Assembly: GCA_035559535.1 (NCBI GenBank)
Contig: DATMBG010000002.1
Span: 1-64,000, forward strand
Length of the DNA stretch: 64,000 nt
Origin: Candidatus Limnocylindrales bacterium
GTDB lineage: Bacteria; Moduliflexota; Moduliflexia; Moduliflexales; JAUQPW01
Reading direction: 5' to 3'
Shown: positions 61,594 to 64,000 of the stretch, piece by piece
How the letters are laid out: each line of letters begins with the position of its first letter
Numbering within the stretch: position 1 is the first letter of the stretch
Notes under the pieces: generated by a model
What the model saw: only the letters and a program-made list of their open reading frames with translations
What the model was told of the DNA's origin: nothing
The model's database searches: none
Program-made: the position numbers and the translations under genes

Positions 61594-63231
61594 ATGAAAG
61601 TAGCTACAGCCGAAGAAATCCGGGATATTGATCGGAGGGCCATTTACGAGTATGGGATTCCGGGAGTAGTTCTTATGGAAAATGCGGGCGCCGGTACGGC
61701 CCGTATCCTGTTGGAGAAGTATGGACCCCTGTTGGGGAAGCGGGTAGGAGTGGTGTGTGGAAAAGGAAAAAATGGAGGAGACGGCTTTGTTGTGGCTCGA
61801 CATCTGGTTAATCAAGGGGTTATCACAGAAGTTGCTCTTTTGACCGAGAAATCCAAGGTTCAGGGGGATGCCCGGATCAATCTAGACATCGCAGACCGCA
61901 TGGGAATTCCTATTCTGGAGGCACCTGACCCGGAGAGTTTTTCCAGAGTTAAGGAAATTCTCCTGAGATCGGATCTTATTGTGGATGCAATTTTAGGAAC
62001 AGGTTTAACGGCAGGAGTTGCCGGGTTTTATAGGGATGTTATAGAATTGATCAATAGCCTGCAAAAACCCGTTGTAGCCGTGGATATCCCCTCGGGACTG
62101 AGCTCAGATACGGGAGAGATACCGGGAAGCTGTATCCGGGCGGATCTGACAGTAACCTTCGGATTGCCAAAGCGAGGTCTCATCCTCTACCCTGCGGCAG
62201 AGTTCGTCGGAGAACTCAAGGTAATTCCCATCGGAATTCCTGAGAAGGTGATTTCAGAGGCCGGTATCAAAGTTAATCTCCTAGAAGCCCAGGATATACA
62301 GGCTGCTTTAGCGGGTAGTCAGGTAATTAATCGTCCGGCCAACTCCCATAAAGGAACCTATGGGCATGTACTGGTCATAGCAGGTTCCAGGGGGAAGACG
62401 GGAGCGGCCTTGATGAGCTCGCGGAGTGCTCTTCGGGTGGGAGCCGGTTTGGTCACTTTAGGTTTACCTGAAAGCCTGAACGATTTCTTGGAAGCAGCGT
62501 CCTTCGAAGTGATGACCGTACCTTTGCCGGAGACCTCTGAAGGAACCTTTAGCCATAAAGCTGCTGATTGGATCTTGATGGGCGCAGAGGGTCGAGCCCC
62601 TCTATCGGCAGGAAAAAATGTCATCGCCTTGGGCCCCGGGCTTTCAACCCATCCTGAGACCCTGGAGTTGGTTTACGATCTCGTTCAGAACTCCCATCAA
62701 CCTCTGGTAATTGACGCCGATGGAATCAATGCCTTAGCCCGAAAACCTGAGATTTTACTCCAGGCCCAGGCTCCGGTGGTTATCACCCCTCATCCTGGAG
62801 AGATGGCCCGATTTCTGGGAGAGAAAAACATTCAATCCCGACGAATTGAAGTGGCCCAAGAAACAGCTAAGAAATATGGAATCTATGTAGTTTTGAAGGG
62901 AGCCCGGACGATTATCTGCGATCCAAATGGAGAAGTTTTTATTAATTTAACCGGTAACCCGGGAATGGCGACAGGAGGAACCGGAGATGTGCTCACCGGA
63001 ATTTTGGCCGGGTTAATCGCCCAGGGGCTACCCATTTTAGACGCCCTAAAAGTAGGGGTTTATCTTCACGGCCTGGCGGGGGATCTGGCCGCACAAGATA
63101 AAGGAGAACCCGGTCTAATTGCCGGGGATGTGATGGAACAAATTCCCTATGCTATTAAAAAATTGTCCTCTGTGGGTTATCCGTTGTCCGTTGTTAGAAA
63201 TTCGTTGGGAGAAGTCCTGGCTAAAAACTAA
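61594..63231 (+). CDS. nnr: Bifunctional NAD(P)HX epimerase/dehydratase
   Basis: LMENAG, GKNGGDG, DIPSG, HKGTYG, DADG, TPHPGE, LKG, GGTGDVL; ATG 61594 preferred. Confidence 0.94.
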   Translation: MKVATAEEIRDIDRRAIYEYGIPGVVLMENAGAGTARILLEKYGPLLGKRVGVVCGKGKNGGDGFVVARHLVNQGVITEVALLTEKSKVQGDARINLDIADRMGIPILEAPDPESFSRVKEILLRSDLIVDAILGTGLTAGVAGFYRDVIELINSLQKPVVAVDIPSGLSSDTGEIPGSCIRADLTVTFGLPKRGLILYPAAEFVGELKVIPIGIPEKVISEAGIKVNLLEAQDIQAALAGSQVINRPANSHKGTYGHVLVIAGSRGKTGAALMSSRSALRVGAGLVTLGLPESLNDFLEAASFEVMTVPLPETSEGTFSHKAADWILMGAEGRAPLSAGKNVIALGPGLSTHPETLELVYDLVQNSHQPLVIDADGINALARKPEILLQAQAPVVITPHPGEMARFLGEKNIQSRRIEVAQETAKKYGIYVVLKGARTIICDPNGEVFINLTGNPGMATGGTGDVLTGILAGLIAQGLPILDALKVGVYLHGLAGDLAAQDKGEPGLIAGDVMEQIPYAIKKLSSVGYPLSVVRNSLGEVLAKN

Positions 63232-63279
63232 CTAAAATAACAAGGGACAACAGGTAATCAACAGGAGACAAAAGAGTCT

Positions 63280-64000
63280 ATGTTAAAATGGTTTGAAAAC
63301 AAATACCTTTCAATCCTCCTGCTACTCTTTGCGGTAGCTTTACTGACGGGTTGTGGGGCCGTCCTTGGTCCGAATTCACGAACGGTTTTTTTGGAAACAG
63401 GAGAAGATTACCTGGTTTCTGGAGATTATGACCAGGCCATAAAAACTTTCGATTCGATTCTAACCGATAATCCCAAAGATGTTAAAGCCCTGGTGGGTTC
63501 CGGAATTGCATATTACCAGCAAGGGAAGTATGAAAAAGCCTTAGAGAAGCTTACTCGGGCCAAAGAATTAGACCCGGATGATGAACAAGCCCGTCTCTAT
63601 CTGGGTTTAACTTACCTTAAAAAAGGAGAAGATCAGAAAGCCTTAGCAGAGTGGAAAGAATACACCGAGCTCATTTCAACCGGCAAGTTCACCGATCTCG
63701 TCCGACGGGCCATAGCTATTTTGAGTAAAGAAAATGTCACTCTGGAAGAACGCGACTTTGTAGTATCCAGTATCGAGTATGCAACCCAGCAAGAACGAAA
63801 AGTCCTTGTTCAGGATCTGGGAGTCGGTGGGGGAAGTTCCTATTCTATAGGGTCCTCAACCTTAGGCTATCCTCCTTTTGGGATCTTTAATTACAATTAC
63901 GGATACGGATCAGCTCTTCAACCGGTACCTTCGAATACTTATATCATCATCAGGACTACCCCATCTCCGACCAGGACTAATATCCGGGGTGGGATAGAGA
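63280..64000 (+). CDS. TPR lipoprotein, partial (runs off window end)
   Basis: Not in the track; AGGAG RBS, MLKWF...ALLTGC lipobox, about 3 TPRs. Confidence 0.8.
   Translation, partial: MLKWFENKYLSILLLLFAVALLTGCGAVLGPNSRTVFLETGEDYLVSGDYDQAIKTFDSILTDNPKDVKALVGSGIAYYQQGKYEKALEKLTRAKELDPDDEQARLYLGLTYLKKGEDQKALAEWKEYTELISTGKFTDLVRRAIAILSKENVTLEERDFVVSSIEYATQQERKVLVQDLGVGGGSSYSIGSSTLGYPPFGIFNYNYGYGSALQPVPSNTYIIIRTTPSPTRTNIRGGIE

Overview
This is an ordinary-looking bacterial chromosomal segment, probably from a diderm bacterium (it encodes lipoproteins and prepilin-like proteins). I saw no prophage, transposase, integrase or CRISPR array. It carries F420 biosynthesis and utilisation genes (cofH, cofG, cofC, npdG), comB, and a two-gene NAD-linked formate dehydrogenase. 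It also has three tRNAs (fMet, Phe, Thr), a sigma54 activator/kinase locus, efp, proA-proB-pgpA-cinA-thpR, surE, lipB, a short leuA with a leucine attenuator, nnr and many accessory genes. The most striking feature is a Cas4-like Fe-S nuclease that appears split into two translationally coupled, membrane-anchored genes (47895-48856), with no CRISPR/cas context in the window. Other highlights are two small genes missed by the ORF track (24413-24565, 43088-43255), divergent sigma54 promoters, a double-terminator leu attenuator, REP-like repeats inserted in frame into conserved enzymes, and a 1.2-kaa membrane-anchored HEAT solenoid. The ORF track labels 10825..12045 as +, but it is on the minus strand. 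All functional calls come from motif recognition by eye; no database searches were run.
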